DNA of 64,000 bases from an uncultured Candidatus Saccharibacteria bacterium (lineage in GTDB: Bacteria; Patescibacteriota; Minisyncoccia; Phycocordibacterales; JAKAEA01), in the NCBI GenBank assembly GCA_964532205.1, contig CAZHGQ010000004.1:3118-67117 (forward strand). Reading direction: 5' to 3'. The translations under genes were made by a program, and so were the position numbers. Shown here piece by piece: positions 38,267 to 49,056 of the stretch (position 1 is the first letter of the stretch; each line of letters begins with the position of its first letter). The notes below the pieces were generated by a model that had not been told where the DNA came from, did not search any database, and worked only from the letters and a program-made list of their open reading frames with translations.

Positions 38267-39850
38267 ATGATTGCACGCACGTCGTACGAGATTCACAAAC
38301 CGGTGGGCATCTGGATTCGCGTCTCGACTGAAGACCAGGCCCAGGGTGATAGTCCTGAGCATCATGAGAAGCGTGCCCGCTATTACGCCGAATCCAAAGA
38401 GTGGGACGTCAAAGAGGTGTATCACCTGGAAGGTGTGAGTGGAAAGACGCTCATGGGGCATCCCGAGACACGCCGAATGCTCGAAGACATCCGCACCGGG
38501 AAGATTCGCGGGTTGATCTTCTCCAAGCTCGCCCGTCTCGCCCGCAATACCAAGGAACTCTTGGAGTTCGCCGATATCTTCCGCGAACACAACGCGGATT
38601 TGATTTCTCTTCAAGAATCGATTGATACCTCCACACCCGCAGGCCGTCTCTTCTACACCATGATTGCAGCGATGGCGCAGTGGGAACGGGAGGAGATCGC
38701 GGATCGCGTGAAGGCATCGATTGCCATCCGAGCTAAGCTGGGCAAGCCGTTAAGCGGCAGACCGGCATTTGGATATACACTTAAGGATAAGAAGGTCGTT
38801 CCCCATCCCACCGAAGCCCCGGTTCGCAAGCTCATCTATGAATTATTTGCCGAGCATCGCCGGTACAAGACGGTGGCGAGGCTGCTCAACGAGTCCGGGT
38901 ATCGCACCCGAAGCGGTGGACTCTTCTCCCATTCCACCGTTGAACGACTCATTGACGATCCAACCGCTAAAGGCGTGTATCGCACAGCGTTCACTGAGAA
39001 GATCAAAGGCAGAAGCTGGGTAAGCCAGAAGCCGGAGAGCGAATGGACGACGATTGCGGTTGAGCCCATCGTTTCTGAGGAGTTGTGGGAACAGTGCCAC
39101 AAGTTGCAGGCAGAGCGGTACCAACCTCGCAAGCGTCCAGGCAAACGTCCGGTGCATCTGTTTGCAGGATTGGCGTACTGTGAATGCGGCAAGAAGATGT
39201 ATGTCCCGTCCAACACGCCCAAGTACGTCTGTCAGGCCTGCCGCATCAAGATTCCCATCGTGGACTTAGAGAATGTCTTTATTGAACAACTCAAAGGTTT
39301 CTTCCTATCCCCCGATCAACTTGCAACGCATGTCGAATTGGCAGATGACAACATCCGAGAAAAGCACAAGCTTCTTGAGGTGCTTCAATCGGAAGCGGAC
39401 AAGCTTCAAGCCGAGATTGACAAGACCTACCAACTCTATCTGGAAGGACAGTTATCCACCGAAGGCTTCGGCAAGTTCTACAAACCCCTGGAAGACCGGC
39501 AGAAGCAACTTGGGGAGGAGCTACCCAAGCTCCAAGCTGAGCTTGACCTGCTGCGGATTAATGGCATTTCCGCTGATCTCGTCATGACTGAAGCCAAGGA
39601 CCTCTATGCCCGCTGGAAGGATTTAGACAAAGACGAGAAGCGCCGAGTCATTGAATCTCTTACCGATCGGATCACGATCGGAAAGGAGGCGATAGACATA
39701 AGTCTTTGCTTTCGCCCCTCCTATGAAGAAATGACAAATAGGCAACGCGAGCTTGTCATGGCGTTACCTATTTGCCACCTCAAGCTAACTCATCGAATCG
39801 TCGAGAGTTGTGTAAAACCGAAGATCCCGAGCATGATACAATCGAGGTAA
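38267..39850 (+). CDS. Large serine recombinase (integrase B)
   Basis: IRVSTEDQ, KLARLARN, zinc ribbon CECG...CQAC, coiled coil; AGGAGG SD. Confidence 0.95.
   Translation: MIARTSYEIHKPVGIWIRVSTEDQAQGDSPEHHEKRARYYAESKEWDVKEVYHLEGVSGKTLMGHPETRRMLEDIRTGKIRGLIFSKLARLARNTKELLEFADIFREHNADLISLQESIDTSTPAGRLFYTMIAAMAQWEREEIADRVKASIAIRAKLGKPLSGRPAFGYTLKDKKVVPHPTEAPVRKLIYELFAEHRRYKTVARLLNESGYRTRSGGLFSHSTVERLIDDPTAKGVYRTAFTEKIKGRSWVSQKPESEWTTIAVEPIVSEELWEQCHKLQAERYQPRKRPGKRPVHLFAGLAYCECGKKMYVPSNTPKYVCQACRIKIPIVDLENVFIEQLKGFFLSPDQLATHVELADDNIREKHKLLEVLQSEADKLQAEIDKTYQLYLEGQLSTEGFGKFYKPLEDRQKQLGEELPKLQAELDLLRINGISADLVMTEAKDLYARWKDLDKDEKRRVIESLTDRITIGKEAIDISLCFRPSYEEMTNRQRELVMALPICHLKLTHRIVESCVKPKIPSMIQSR
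39733..39776. other. Candidate intact attP of integrase B
   Basis: caaataggcaacgc-N12-gcgttacctatttg (13/14 inverted match) inside the 3' end of the integrase gene. Confidence 0.6.
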
Positions 39851-40738
39851 ATGACGTCTACAAGAGGTGGGGTGAATATTGAACTTCAAGTACGCGATAT
39901 CGCGCTACTTCGTGACCTTTTTGAATCTCGATTCATGGCACTCCGGCACATCGCGGGCCTACATTTTGACTCTCGGCACGAGCCAGCCCGAAAACGAGTA
40001 TCTCTACTTTGCAGTGCAGGATACATCCGGGTGAGGGCACGCCACTTTAACGAACCTGCGCTGTACTTCTTGACCGCGCGCGGCATGCGACTTCTTTCGC
40101 AATACGGCCACTTAGGATCGTATCCTCATCTGTCTCGCGCGGTCTTGCAGAAGCGACTTGAGATAAGTTCACTAACTCTCCGGCATGAGCTCGATGTGCT
40201 GGATGTCAAAACGGCATTTGTGAACGCGACAAGATCAAACGCCAAACTCCGCATCGCAACCTTCTCAACGTGGCCGAAACTGCATTCCTTTCAAATGCTT
40301 TCAAGCGACGGGTCTGAAGTCATCGTAAAGCCTGATGGGTATATCGTCGTCCAAGAACCGCGTGCCGATTGCCCGCTTGTCATCCATCGATTCTTCCTTG
40401 AAGTCGACCGAAGCACCGAATCGCTTCGGGTCATTGACACGCGATGCAACGCATACGTCGACTATTACCGCAGCGGGGGCTTCGCTGTCGCAAACGGATT
40501 GTCATTCGACGATTATAAGCGTTTCCCATTCCGCGTTCTGATCATCACCAAGAGCGAAGAACGCCTGCAAAACATCGCCGACCGGATAAGCAAGACCGCT
40601 GGATCTCAGATTTGGCTTACGACACAGCGCGATTTCATAATCGGTTCGCTTGGGCAGATTTGGCGCTTGGTGAAACACGGCCACACTAACCAGCCGAACG
40701 ATCACAAGTCGCTCTTCATCACCCGCACCAATTTTTAA
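39851..40738 (+). CDS. Replication-relaxation (Replic_Relax) family protein
   Basis: N-terminal wHTH, LRHEL, VKPDG, FFLEVDRSTE, FRVL motifs. Confidence 0.85.
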   Translation: MTSTRGGVNIELQVRDIALLRDLFESRFMALRHIAGLHFDSRHEPARKRVSLLCSAGYIRVRARHFNEPALYFLTARGMRLLSQYGHLGSYPHLSRAVLQKRLEISSLTLRHELDVLDVKTAFVNATRSNAKLRIATFSTWPKLHSFQMLSSDGSEVIVKPDGYIVVQEPRADCPLVIHRFFLEVDRSTESLRVIDTRCNAYVDYYRSGGFAVANGLSFDDYKRFPFRVLIITKSEERLQNIADRISKTAGSQIWLTTQRDFIIGSLGQIWRLVKHGHTNQPNDHKSLFITRTNF

Positions 40739-40762
40739 CCAACAGTGGATAGCAACTACTAC

Positions 40763-41053
40763 TCATCTACTGGAGTGCAGTTCCTTCAGACCTGCTCGCG
40801 CATCATCGGCCTCCTTATCCAATCCTTCTGTCTCTGCCAGGGGGATTACCCTCTGAAACATTTCGATCGCTTCGACTAAGCGTCCGAGATCTTTCATCAA
40901 GCATGCGAGGCAATAGAGAATCTGCACCCGATCGTAGGTATCTTCTTCTTGTTCAGCCTTAAGCAAAGCTTCGCGAAGTTGATTTTCTCCATCAGTGGTA
41001 CGGCCACGATCGAGTAGCAGTAGTGCTTTATTGAACATGTCACGTGCATTCAT
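40763..41053 (-). CDS. Putative immunity protein (TPR-like)
   Basis: Starts (MNARD, GGAG SD) 1 nt after the toxin stop; helical TPR-like pattern. Confidence 0.7.
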   Translation of the reverse strand: MNARDMFNKALLLLDRGRTTDGENQLREALLKAEQEEDTYDRVQILYCLACLMKDLGRLVEAIEMFQRVIPLAETEGLDKEADDARAGLKELHSSR

Positions 41054-41054
41054 T

Positions 41055-44000
41055 TTATCTCCCATACATTCTAATGAAGTTGCGAGAAGCACGTGGTACT
41101 AAATACATCTCAGAGAGGAGTTTGACTTGCCTCTCGATGTCCGCAACTCCAAAATTCGGATTTGCGTTGGCGAAAAGTTCCCACTGCTTGTTCCACTCAG
41201 GGTGCAGTGTCTTGTGGAGTGCGTAAGGTATTTCTGTAATCCGTTGATCTACGAACTTGCGCGGGTCATAGCCGAGAGCTCGGAGCCGATTGCTGAAAGT
41301 GGAATTCTTGAGCAGTTGCTGCGGCACAAGATGATGTTGCCTCATTGCCGCTGGTCCGTAGCGTGCACGGTAGCCTGATGTATTTCGTACCATGCCGCTC
41401 GGCGTCGATCCGGACAATGAATAAACTGCAGTTGAGCCAACTCCGACCACACCGCCCCAGTTGACCGCAGCCCCACTAAAGACGCTTGCAGCAGTTGAAC
41501 CACCGCCCATCACTGAAGCAACAGTTTGACCACCGATAATGGACAGCGCTGGTGGAGGTGTCCGGCTAAAGAGCATCAACGCGCCCTGGGCGCCTTCATC
41601 GGCGTATCGCAACGCCGTGGTCGAGAACCGGCTAATCGCGCCGGGGAACGAACCGGCCAGAGCGCCGATGTTCGTGCCGACCTCCACGCTCTTCCAGTAG
41701 TCCGCTCCTGTCGATGCGGAATAGATCGCGCCACCAGCGCCGCCGACCGCTGTTCCTGCAGCGAGATACCAAAGCGCAGAAGTGCCACCTGACGCTACGG
41801 TCAACGCGACTGTGCCGGCCCATCCGGAAATCTTCGCTAGATGATATGGATCGGCATTCCACTCCGCAGATGGCCGGAACGCGTCATATTTACCCGAGAA
41901 ATCCGTCCACGCATCGAGTGTGCTTGGATTGCTCCATTGTCCTTGTGTTCCGGCGAAACCATCCTTCTCCTGCACGCCCGTCCATTCGACGTTTTTGCCA
42001 TCAAAGAATCCACCGGCGGTATAGCTTTGGTAGGCGTAGCCATCTTCTGTCTGCGGCGTGCCGCGGTAGCTGTCGTGCTCGGTTTGGTTGGGCATCCAAA
42101 GCATGCCGTCACCATCATCACGACCGCCACGCCAAAGGTAACGGAAGCGGTAACCGTCGCTAGACGTGGACCTGCCGTATTGATCGACTTTATAATCAAA
42201 GGTGCTGGTTCCTGTGGATTGACCGACTGCAACCTGTCCTTCTGTTGTGTATGTGTACATCTCACGGTTGATCGCCAAACTTGTAAAATCTTCGCGGATG
42301 CGCCAGACGCTGCCATCGGGTCCGCTGTACACCCAGACACGACTACCATCATCATTGTCTCGAAGCACCATCCGTCCGGGTTCACCGGCGCTCCAGACAT
42401 ACTGATTCTGGGGCTGAGTGCGATACGTGCCGTCAATCTGCTCTTGTTTCTCTTCAATCACATTGCCAGCGGCGTCATAGAACAGGTGCAGCGTGCCCTG
42501 ATATCCCGTGACCTCTTGCGTGCTGTTGGTCTCGGAGATGCGTCGTCCAAGCGCATCGTAGTCGAATGTCAGCGTGTGCGCATTGGGAATATCGTAAGCG
42601 TATTGGTATTGAGAATTCCCCGGATCGGCGAAGATCTCGTCGAGCTTGACTGTCGTCTTGCTTGCGAGCCGACCCAACCCGTCATACTGAACAAAGACAT
42701 CAATGCGCTGATCGATATTATCGACAGGTGTTGATTGAATCGGGCTATTGCCGGTTGGCACTGGGCGCTGGAACACTAAACGTGCAGGTGGATCAAAGGT
42801 GTTTGTCCCGCTTCGGTCGCGTGTCAGGACACTGGCATCGATGATGTTATCCCAATTCTGCGATGAGATTGGCAGCGGATCACCATCGGAATCGGTCGTG
42901 ACGGAAGGCGCGTTGAGGCTGGTCAATCTTCCGCGTTTGTCGCTGCCTGTATTCAGCCAGTAAGTGAAATTCCCTGGATAGTCTCCATCACCGCGGACGA
43001 ACGACTGAACTCTGCCCAACTGGTCATATACCTGATTCGCCGGCGCGCTGCCCGAGCCATACAACTCGCTTCTCCACCGTCCGTTGAAGTTGTCTTGGCT
43101 ATCAAGCCAAGAGTAAAGAACATTCCCATCAGCGTCGTAGCCATAAGCACGTTGTTCGAGGCCGACGTCATGAATGACTACGCGCCCAAACCGATCGAGC
43201 CCGCCATATTGATCGTTGACGCGACCTGCATCGTCGGCGACCTGGTTCCAATCCATTGTCACTGCTGATGCAGGATCGAGATCATAAATGTATGTCGTAC
43301 CTTGAAATGATACGGCCACGCCGCCAGCACTAAGCACACGCGGCATATTACGTTCGACAATGCGATTCAAGCCAAGATACTCGTAACGTTCCAGCCGGTC
43401 GTTGTTTACGGCGGTGGATGGATCACCATCGACCATGAATCCAACTCTGCTGATCCGATCGTTGAGCACTCGGCTGAAGTTCACGAGCGTACTGCTGGTC
43501 GTGTAGTCTTGATATCCATACACCACGCCCACTTCGCGGCCATCGGGATAGACTGTCTTTGCAAGACGGGTGAGATTGTTTCCAAAATCGGTGGTGTAGA
43601 CGTATTGAACCTTTTGCGATGGAGTCCCTCCTGTACGAGCGACCGATGTCTTGTGTTCCTGCCATTCTGTTACGAGATTGCCAAGCCCGTCGAAGTCCCG
43701 GATCACTTGATTCTTGACCGTTGTTCCAGAATCGAGCGTTGTAAATTCAATTCCCCGGCTGAGTGCATCGAATCGTGTGCGAATCTTCTGACCACGATCC
43801 AACATGTTGGCCGGTTTCGATGCGGCATCGATCCACTCCGTCAGCGTCAGTCTGCCAAGTGTGTCGTAGTTGAATCGCTGCTCGCGAATCTGTTTCTGCG
43901 TAGCCGACGTGCTGAGGTTGTAGATTTCCTCTTTCTGTTGCCTGTTTTCGCCCAATGCGGTATAGCCGGTCATCACCTCGCGATGCCCTGATCCAGAGTA

Positions 44001-47000
44001 AGCACCAGCAGGACGACCGTATACAACACTGCTCAAGAGCCCGCTGTGATTGACAAGAATCGTGCTGTTTTTCGTGACGCCATAGTTGTACGTCGTGATG
44101 TAGGAATAGGCGGTGTTTGATTTGTAGGTGGTGGTTTCAATCTGGGTTTGCTGATCAAAGCCGTTGTAGGTGTAAAGCGTTTTTCGCGTGTCGTCTGCGG
44201 TTGGAGCAGATGAGCGATATCCTTCTTGAACAATGGTGGCACGATCCAGCGCGTCATAGGTTGTGCGAGTGACTACACCTCGCGGACTCACCACATCCTG
44301 CAACCGGCCCGCAGTGTCAAAAACATAATCTGTCTGCAACCAACGATCCCAACCATCAGCTGCAGTATCGCGTCCAGGAGCGGTGCTTGGTCGCGAAAAG
44401 TCCCGCACGCCGTTTGCATTGGCATCGCCATCATCGCCATTGTTGCCCCAGTTGACCTGATTGGTCAGTCGGTCCGCAGAATCGTAATAGTTGCCGACAA
44501 GACTGATGCGGGCATTCAAAGAAGTTAAGTCACCCAAATCCGTCTTGTCATGATCCCGCTGCCCGGTTGCAATCAGAGTTGGATTTCCGTTGCCGTCATA
44601 ACTTGTTTCAACTTGTTCCAAAACAACATCATCGCTTACGCTGCCAGCGGCGGTATAGTTGCCGGAAGCACCAGGTGCCGGATCATCTTTTCCATCAGTC
44701 GTGTATCGCTTGGTTTCCCGGCTAGCCCCGTCGTACACCATCTTCTGATTTAAGCCGCCGGGGTTGCGCTGTTTGATCAGGTTGCCGCGATTGTCGTACC
44801 ACATGCTGGTGGTAAGGTAATTGCCTTTTGTGCCCGCAGTACCGGACCATTCCTGCTCGACGCTATACTGCCGTACTTCGTACACGTTTCCGCGATCATC
44901 AAACAGGGTGTCTTGATATGCGCGACGTTGCGCGGAGAGCGTGCTATCCACCGTTCCCAGATTCAAACTGTTGATGTTCTGCCCGTCGCCGTCGTAAATA
45001 CCCTTGCCAACACATCTATCCAAGTTGTCAAAAACACAGAGTGTAATAGGTGAGTTTACCGTCGTGTCGCTGGTGACTCCTTCATGCGTCAACACCAGAC
45101 GATCGCGCCAATCATAGCGCATGGCGGTCACGCGATCCGCGTTAGAGCCTCCTGGAATTTGCGTGACCTTCGTGAGCGTATCGTCACCCACGTTTCCACC
45201 GTCAACGCTGCCACCATCATATTCATTGGCAGTGACCTTCGTCATATTCGTGCCGGGAGAACCTGGAGACCAACTACTGTCATCCGTACCCACCCACGTT
45301 GAGATTGCACGATCCAGTCCGTCATACACGGTGCGCGTGATGGTTGGGTTAAAGCCGGAGAGACTTCCGCCCGTGTACAAATCTCGACCGGCAGCTTGGC
45401 GCGTCTGCCGTCCCCGCTCATCGTAACCAAACTCGGTGCGATATCGGGTTGTCGTGCCTGTTAGAGCGCCAGTGCTGGCGGTATAGGCGTTGCCCGAGGT
45501 GTCCGCGAAACGCTCGACCGCTGTGGCTTGCTGCTGGATATTATGCTCAGTGCGCGTGCGTTTTGTGACTGTTGAAAGCAAGTCACCCGAGCTATCGCGC
45601 ACCACGTCGATTTCATCAAGCACACCTGTCGCGCGATTATCTATAATGACATGGGCTGGTGGAGTATTCCCTGAGCTCGGCAACGGCGGCGTGATTGTCA
45701 CTCGCTTCAGAGCGGCACTGTCGTCATATTCACTCCTAGTAATCCCCGTGCTCAAGCCCATGTAGGTGTTTGCATCCGTAATCTTTCTGTTTCGACCAAG
45801 TAGATCCGCTTCGAAGCCCGTTGTTAATGGAGCTCCGCCACTATCAACAACACTCTGCTTAAGGGCACCCGTGGCGTCAAAATACTGGTTGGTTGCGACC
45901 TTGCCATCGCCGTCCGTAAACGACGTTTCTCTGCCGAAAGAGTCGTACGCCATAATCTCGGTCTTTGATGTGGTTTGTGTGCCGCCGTTCTGAGCCTGAA
46001 GAATGTCGGGAAGCGTTGTAGTTCTTTGTGTGATCCGGTCACTACTATATGAATACGAATAGCTTGTCGTAACGGCACTCGCGCTGGCGTCGCTTCGATA
46101 GACCGTATCAGAAGCGACAACAAATGCGCTCGACGTTGGTGTGCCACCTGTTGCACTTGGACGAGCGCTGTACGTGAGTTCGACTTGCAGATTTTGCGAT
46201 CCTCCTGTCCCCTGTTTTCGACCTGTACGCCACAAGTACCCCGTAGCACTTGCTGGGTCATACTCAAATGTATGGACCAACCCGGTGGCACTCTGCAAGG
46301 TTGCCGGGTGATTGTTGCTGTCGCTGATTGACGCGACAGCTGTCGGCGTCGCTGTAAGGGTCAAGCGTCCTTTTGCATCGAATTGATTGGCGGTGTTCCA
46401 AGTCGCCGCCGTTGTCGCTGTGGGCGAGCTATAACTTGTGAGCAGGACTTCGCCACGGCTGTTTGTGTAAACGACATTCTTGTCGTTATTGCTCAGATCT
46501 GCATTGTCGGAATCCGGTAGGGATTCAATTGTCTTTGAATCCCACGTGTTTACACCACTGCGCCCACCGGTGGTACTCGACGATGGACCAGCATAGTCAT
46601 AGCTGAACGTTCCACTGCCTTGAATCGTCTGCGTTTTCACTCGATTACGCCGAAGTACGGTGGAATCATCGGCGGCGTAGTAATCGAGCACAAGATTCGC
46701 GTACGGTTGGAGTGTCGCTTGGTTCACTGACGCTGGATCCATTCCTTCGCGGCCAAGCGCACGCTCATAAGAAGCGCCCTCAAGCACGAGAATCAGTCGG
46801 CCATAGTTGTCATAGCGATAGAGCTTGCGTTCGACTGCATTGCCACTTTGCTTGACGGTAACGCGCTTCAAGTTTCCAGGATTGCCATATGTGGTGTCGC
46901 TTCCACCGTAATATTCGTATTCGACGTTGCGCACCGCTTCGACTGCACCCGCATTGAGGTCGTTGCGTCGCTCCATCAGCATGCCAGTGAGTTGATTGAT

Positions 47001-48749
47001 ACCGTTATAGCTGTATGTGAGGCGTTCAAGAATAGCAGAGTCAGAAAGCCGTTTTCGCTCCACGGTGTTTGGCAATCCGGCAGCCGTGTAGTTGATCTTC
47101 GTTTCGTTCCCTGCCGAATCCACGTAGCGATCCAGTTGGCCACGCTGCAGCGACGCGATGCTGCTGCCGAAACCATGGAAATAAAACTTGTTACCCAACG
47201 TGTCTGTTACGCGGTATCCCGTGCCATCGACCACAAGCCGATCTAGGCTGAAATCACGTGCCACATAAGCAGAGCCGGTGTAATCAAACCACTGTGAGGA
47301 TCGACCACCGGCTACGAGAATCATGCTACTCGTCGCTTGAATCAGAGACGGCCACTGTGCCATGCTCCATCCAGCGCCATTGAGTGCATCGATTCCCTGC
47401 CCGCGAGAATTGTTCCACGTTCGTGTGTGACCCGAGACAATTCCGCCTTCCGCCGGGTCGAGGTCGGATGAGGTAAAGAACACCGAACCATCTGCATACC
47501 GAACAACACCGGAAAAGCCGTCGGTCATCGGATCACTGCTATCAGCACCTGTCGCGGTGCCACCTGGACGATCGGCAAGTGGGTCATTGAAGTATGATGG
47601 GGTTGCTCGGACGGCGGTCAGCCGAACTGTATCCATGTATTTACCGGGTGTTCCCGCGTTTCCATCCGGATCAACTTCCACAATAATGCTTTGTTCTGCG
47701 AGCGTAGGCGACGGTCTGACTGCCTCCACATAGAGCGTTGTGCCAAGCGCTTGGAATTGCGCCAGTGTATACGTAGTTCCGGATGTGCCTCCGGCAACAA
47801 AATCCGACACCGTGCGGGTTGCGTCCGAACCGTCTTTTTTCCAAAGGCGCAACCATCCAGCGGCGGGTGTGTCCGACGTCGTCGCACCGGAGCTCGGATC
47901 GGAACTGTCGTATGTAAGCTTGATTATCGCGGAAGACGTCAAACCGCTCGGAAGCGTGAGTTGAAGCGGTACAAATTTCAATCCCGTTGCCGTGTCATCA
48001 TTTGATGCTGACCCGTCACGGTTGTAGCCATCGGCAAAGTCGGGAATTCCATCGAGGTCAATGTCGCCATTATTAACGGTAATGATTTTGCCCGGTCGAC
48101 CAATGGACTCCTCGATATCCGTCTCTGAGCCGTTTCGCTCCGGCGACCCCGCACTGGTGTTGTCCGAGTCAATGGACACATCCATGCGCTTCACCGAATC
48201 TGCATAGTACGAAAAGAACAGCGTGTAGTCGTCATTATTCACTAATCCGTCGCCGGTCATATCACCTTGGGTATACTTGGCCCCAGTTGCACCAAAATTT
48301 CCCGCGAGAATGTTGAAATCAATGCTGTTTGCTTTCAGATCCCGATCAAAATCTCCTGGTTGAAATTCGAAGCGGTAGACATTACTCAGCGAAGGCGAGG
48401 CCGACGAAAGTGTAAGTTGGAAACTTCCTTTGGAGAGAATCGCGCCCATACCCGGAAATGTTACTTTCGCAGTGGCGGCATCCGGAAACGTCACGGTGGG
48501 CGTCGAGTTCGCAGGTGCCGAACCGGTCTCGATATCGATTAGCGAGAAGTTGGAGGCGCTCAAACCGCTGCTCACGGCATCACTAAAACGGTACACCACG
48601 CCTTGTGAGCCCGCTTGTGTGTAATCGAACGATGCTTCCATTAGCCGGACGGGGGCGCTGAGCAGTTGCCGACGTTCCAGTGCATCCATTGCACAGTGCG
48701 CAAGAAGACTATGAACGCTGGCACGATTCCGGCGAGAGCGACGATCCAT
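41055..48749 (-). CDS. RHS/YD-repeat polymorphic toxin with planctomycete LExRxLL leader, dockerin-like domain and C-terminal HNH-fold (DUF2380-like) nuclease
   Basis: ALERRQLLSA; GDFDRD...GDMTGDGLVN; many YD..GR repeats; C-terminal QHHLVPQ...HKTLH..WNKQW; start MDRRS after AAGGAG. Confidence 0.85.
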   Translation of the reverse strand: MDRRSRRNRASVHSLLAHCAMDALERRQLLSAPVRLMEASFDYTQAGSQGVVYRFSDAVSSGLSASNFSLIDIETGSAPANSTPTVTFPDAATAKVTFPGMGAILSKGSFQLTLSSASPSLSNVYRFEFQPGDFDRDLKANSIDFNILAGNFGATGAKYTQGDMTGDGLVNNDDYTLFFSYYADSVKRMDVSIDSDNTSAGSPERNGSETDIEESIGRPGKIITVNNGDIDLDGIPDFADGYNRDGSASNDDTATGLKFVPLQLTLPSGLTSSAIIKLTYDSSDPSSGATTSDTPAAGWLRLWKKDGSDATRTVSDFVAGGTSGTTYTLAQFQALGTTLYVEAVRPSPTLAEQSIIVEVDPDGNAGTPGKYMDTVRLTAVRATPSYFNDPLADRPGGTATGADSSDPMTDGFSGVVRYADGSVFFTSSDLDPAEGGIVSGHTRTWNNSRGQGIDALNGAGWSMAQWPSLIQATSSMILVAGGRSSQWFDYTGSAYVARDFSLDRLVVDGTGYRVTDTLGNKFYFHGFGSSIASLQRGQLDRYVDSAGNETKINYTAAGLPNTVERKRLSDSAILERLTYSYNGINQLTGMLMERRNDLNAGAVEAVRNVEYEYYGGSDTTYGNPGNLKRVTVKQSGNAVERKLYRYDNYGRLILVLEGASYERALGREGMDPASVNQATLQPYANLVLDYYAADDSTVLRRNRVKTQTIQGSGTFSYDYAGPSSSTTGGRSGVNTWDSKTIESLPDSDNADLSNNDKNVVYTNSRGEVLLTSYSSPTATTAATWNTANQFDAKGRLTLTATPTAVASISDSNNHPATLQSATGLVHTFEYDPASATGYLWRTGRKQGTGGSQNLQVELTYSARPSATGGTPTSSAFVVASDTVYRSDASASAVTTSYSYSYSSDRITQRTTTLPDILQAQNGGTQTTSKTEIMAYDSFGRETSFTDGDGKVATNQYFDATGALKQSVVDSGGAPLTTGFEADLLGRNRKITDANTYMGLSTGITRSEYDDSAALKRVTITPPLPSSGNTPPAHVIIDNRATGVLDEIDVVRDSSGDLLSTVTKRTRTEHNIQQQATAVERFADTSGNAYTASTGALTGTTTRYRTEFGYDERGRQTRQAAGRDLYTGGSLSGFNPTITRTVYDGLDRAISTWVGTDDSSWSPGSPGTNMTKVTANEYDGGSVDGGNVGDDTLTKVTQIPGGSNADRVTAMRYDWRDRLVLTHEGVTSDTTVNSPITLCVFDNLDRCVGKGIYDGDGQNINSLNLGTVDSTLSAQRRAYQDTLFDDRGNVYEVRQYSVEQEWSGTAGTKGNYLTTSMWYDNRGNLIKQRNPGGLNQKMVYDGASRETKRYTTDGKDDPAPGASGNYTAAGSVSDDVVLEQVETSYDGNGNPTLIATGQRDHDKTDLGDLTSLNARISLVGNYYDSADRLTNQVNWGNNGDDGDANANGVRDFSRPSTAPGRDTAADGWDRWLQTDYVFDTAGRLQDVVSPRGVVTRTTYDALDRATIVQEGYRSSAPTADDTRKTLYTYNGFDQQTQIETTTYKSNTAYSYITTYNYGVTKNSTILVNHSGLLSSVVYGRPAGAYSGSGHREVMTGYTALGENRQQKEEIYNLSTSATQKQIREQRFNYDTLGRLTLTEWIDAASKPANMLDRGQKIRTRFDALSRGIEFTTLDSGTTVKNQVIRDFDGLGNLVTEWQEHKTSVARTGGTPSQKVQYVYTTDFGNNLTRLAKTVYPDGREVGVVYGYQDYTTSSTLVNFSRVLNDRISRVGFMVDGDPSTAVNNDRLERYEYLGLNRIVERNMPRVLSAGGVAVSFQGTTYIYDLDPASAVTMDWNQVADDAGRVNDQYGGLDRFGRVVIHDVGLEQRAYGYDADGNVLYSWLDSQDNFNGRWRSELYGSGSAPANQVYDQLGRVQSFVRGDGDYPGNFTYWLNTGSDKRGRLTSLNAPSVTTDSDGDPLPISSQNWDNIIDASVLTRDRSGTNTFDPPARLVFQRPVPTGNSPIQSTPVDNIDQRIDVFVQYDGLGRLASKTTVKLDEIFADPGNSQYQYAYDIPNAHTLTFDYDALGRRISETNSTQEVTGYQGTLHLFYDAAGNVIEEKQEQIDGTYRTQPQNQYVWSAGEPGRMVLRDNDDGSRVWVYSGPDGSVWRIREDFTSLAINREMYTYTTEGQVAVGQSTGTSTFDYKVDQYGRSTSSDGYRFRYLWRGGRDDGDGMLWMPNQTEHDSYRGTPQTEDGYAYQSYTAGGFFDGKNVEWTGVQEKDGFAGTQGQWSNPSTLDAWTDFSGKYDAFRPSAEWNADPYHLAKISGWAGTVALTVASGGTSALWYLAAGTAVGGAGGAIYSASTGADYWKSVEVGTNIGALAGSFPGAISRFSTTALRYADEGAQGALMLFSRTPPPALSIIGGQTVASVMGGGSTAASVFSGAAVNWGGVVGVGSTAVYSLSGSTPSGMVRNTSGYRARYGPAAMRQHHLVPQQLLKNSTFSNRLRALGYDPRKFVDQRITEIPYALHKTLHPEWNKQWELFANANPNFGVADIERQVKLLSEMYLVPRASRNFIRMYGR

Positions 48750-49056
48750 GATGGCTCCTTCCAAAGACCCCGACCGAATTGTCTTTGCTTTGATTAACCC
48801 TTTTGTGCCCCGGCGTGTCGCGACTCCCGTTGCGAACAGCGCGCCGGGTTACTTCTCGAATTCAATAGACCAATATGATCAAGCTACGTCAAGATAATTT
48901 TCAGTTAAGACAACTTCATTGAATTTGCTTCGACAGTGTTTCAGGATCGTATCCCCGCCTTGCGCCACAGAACACATCGTGCGAAAATCAAATCAGAATA
49001 TCGCAGCGTCAATTGTCGCGTGTTTGATTCTCAATCTCACATTGAAAGGAGACTTC

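Noticed and set aside
41127-48624. Numerous plus-strand ORFs within the RHS gene and similar overlaps elsewhere
   Set aside because: Antisense or alternate-frame shadows of long, motif-supported genes
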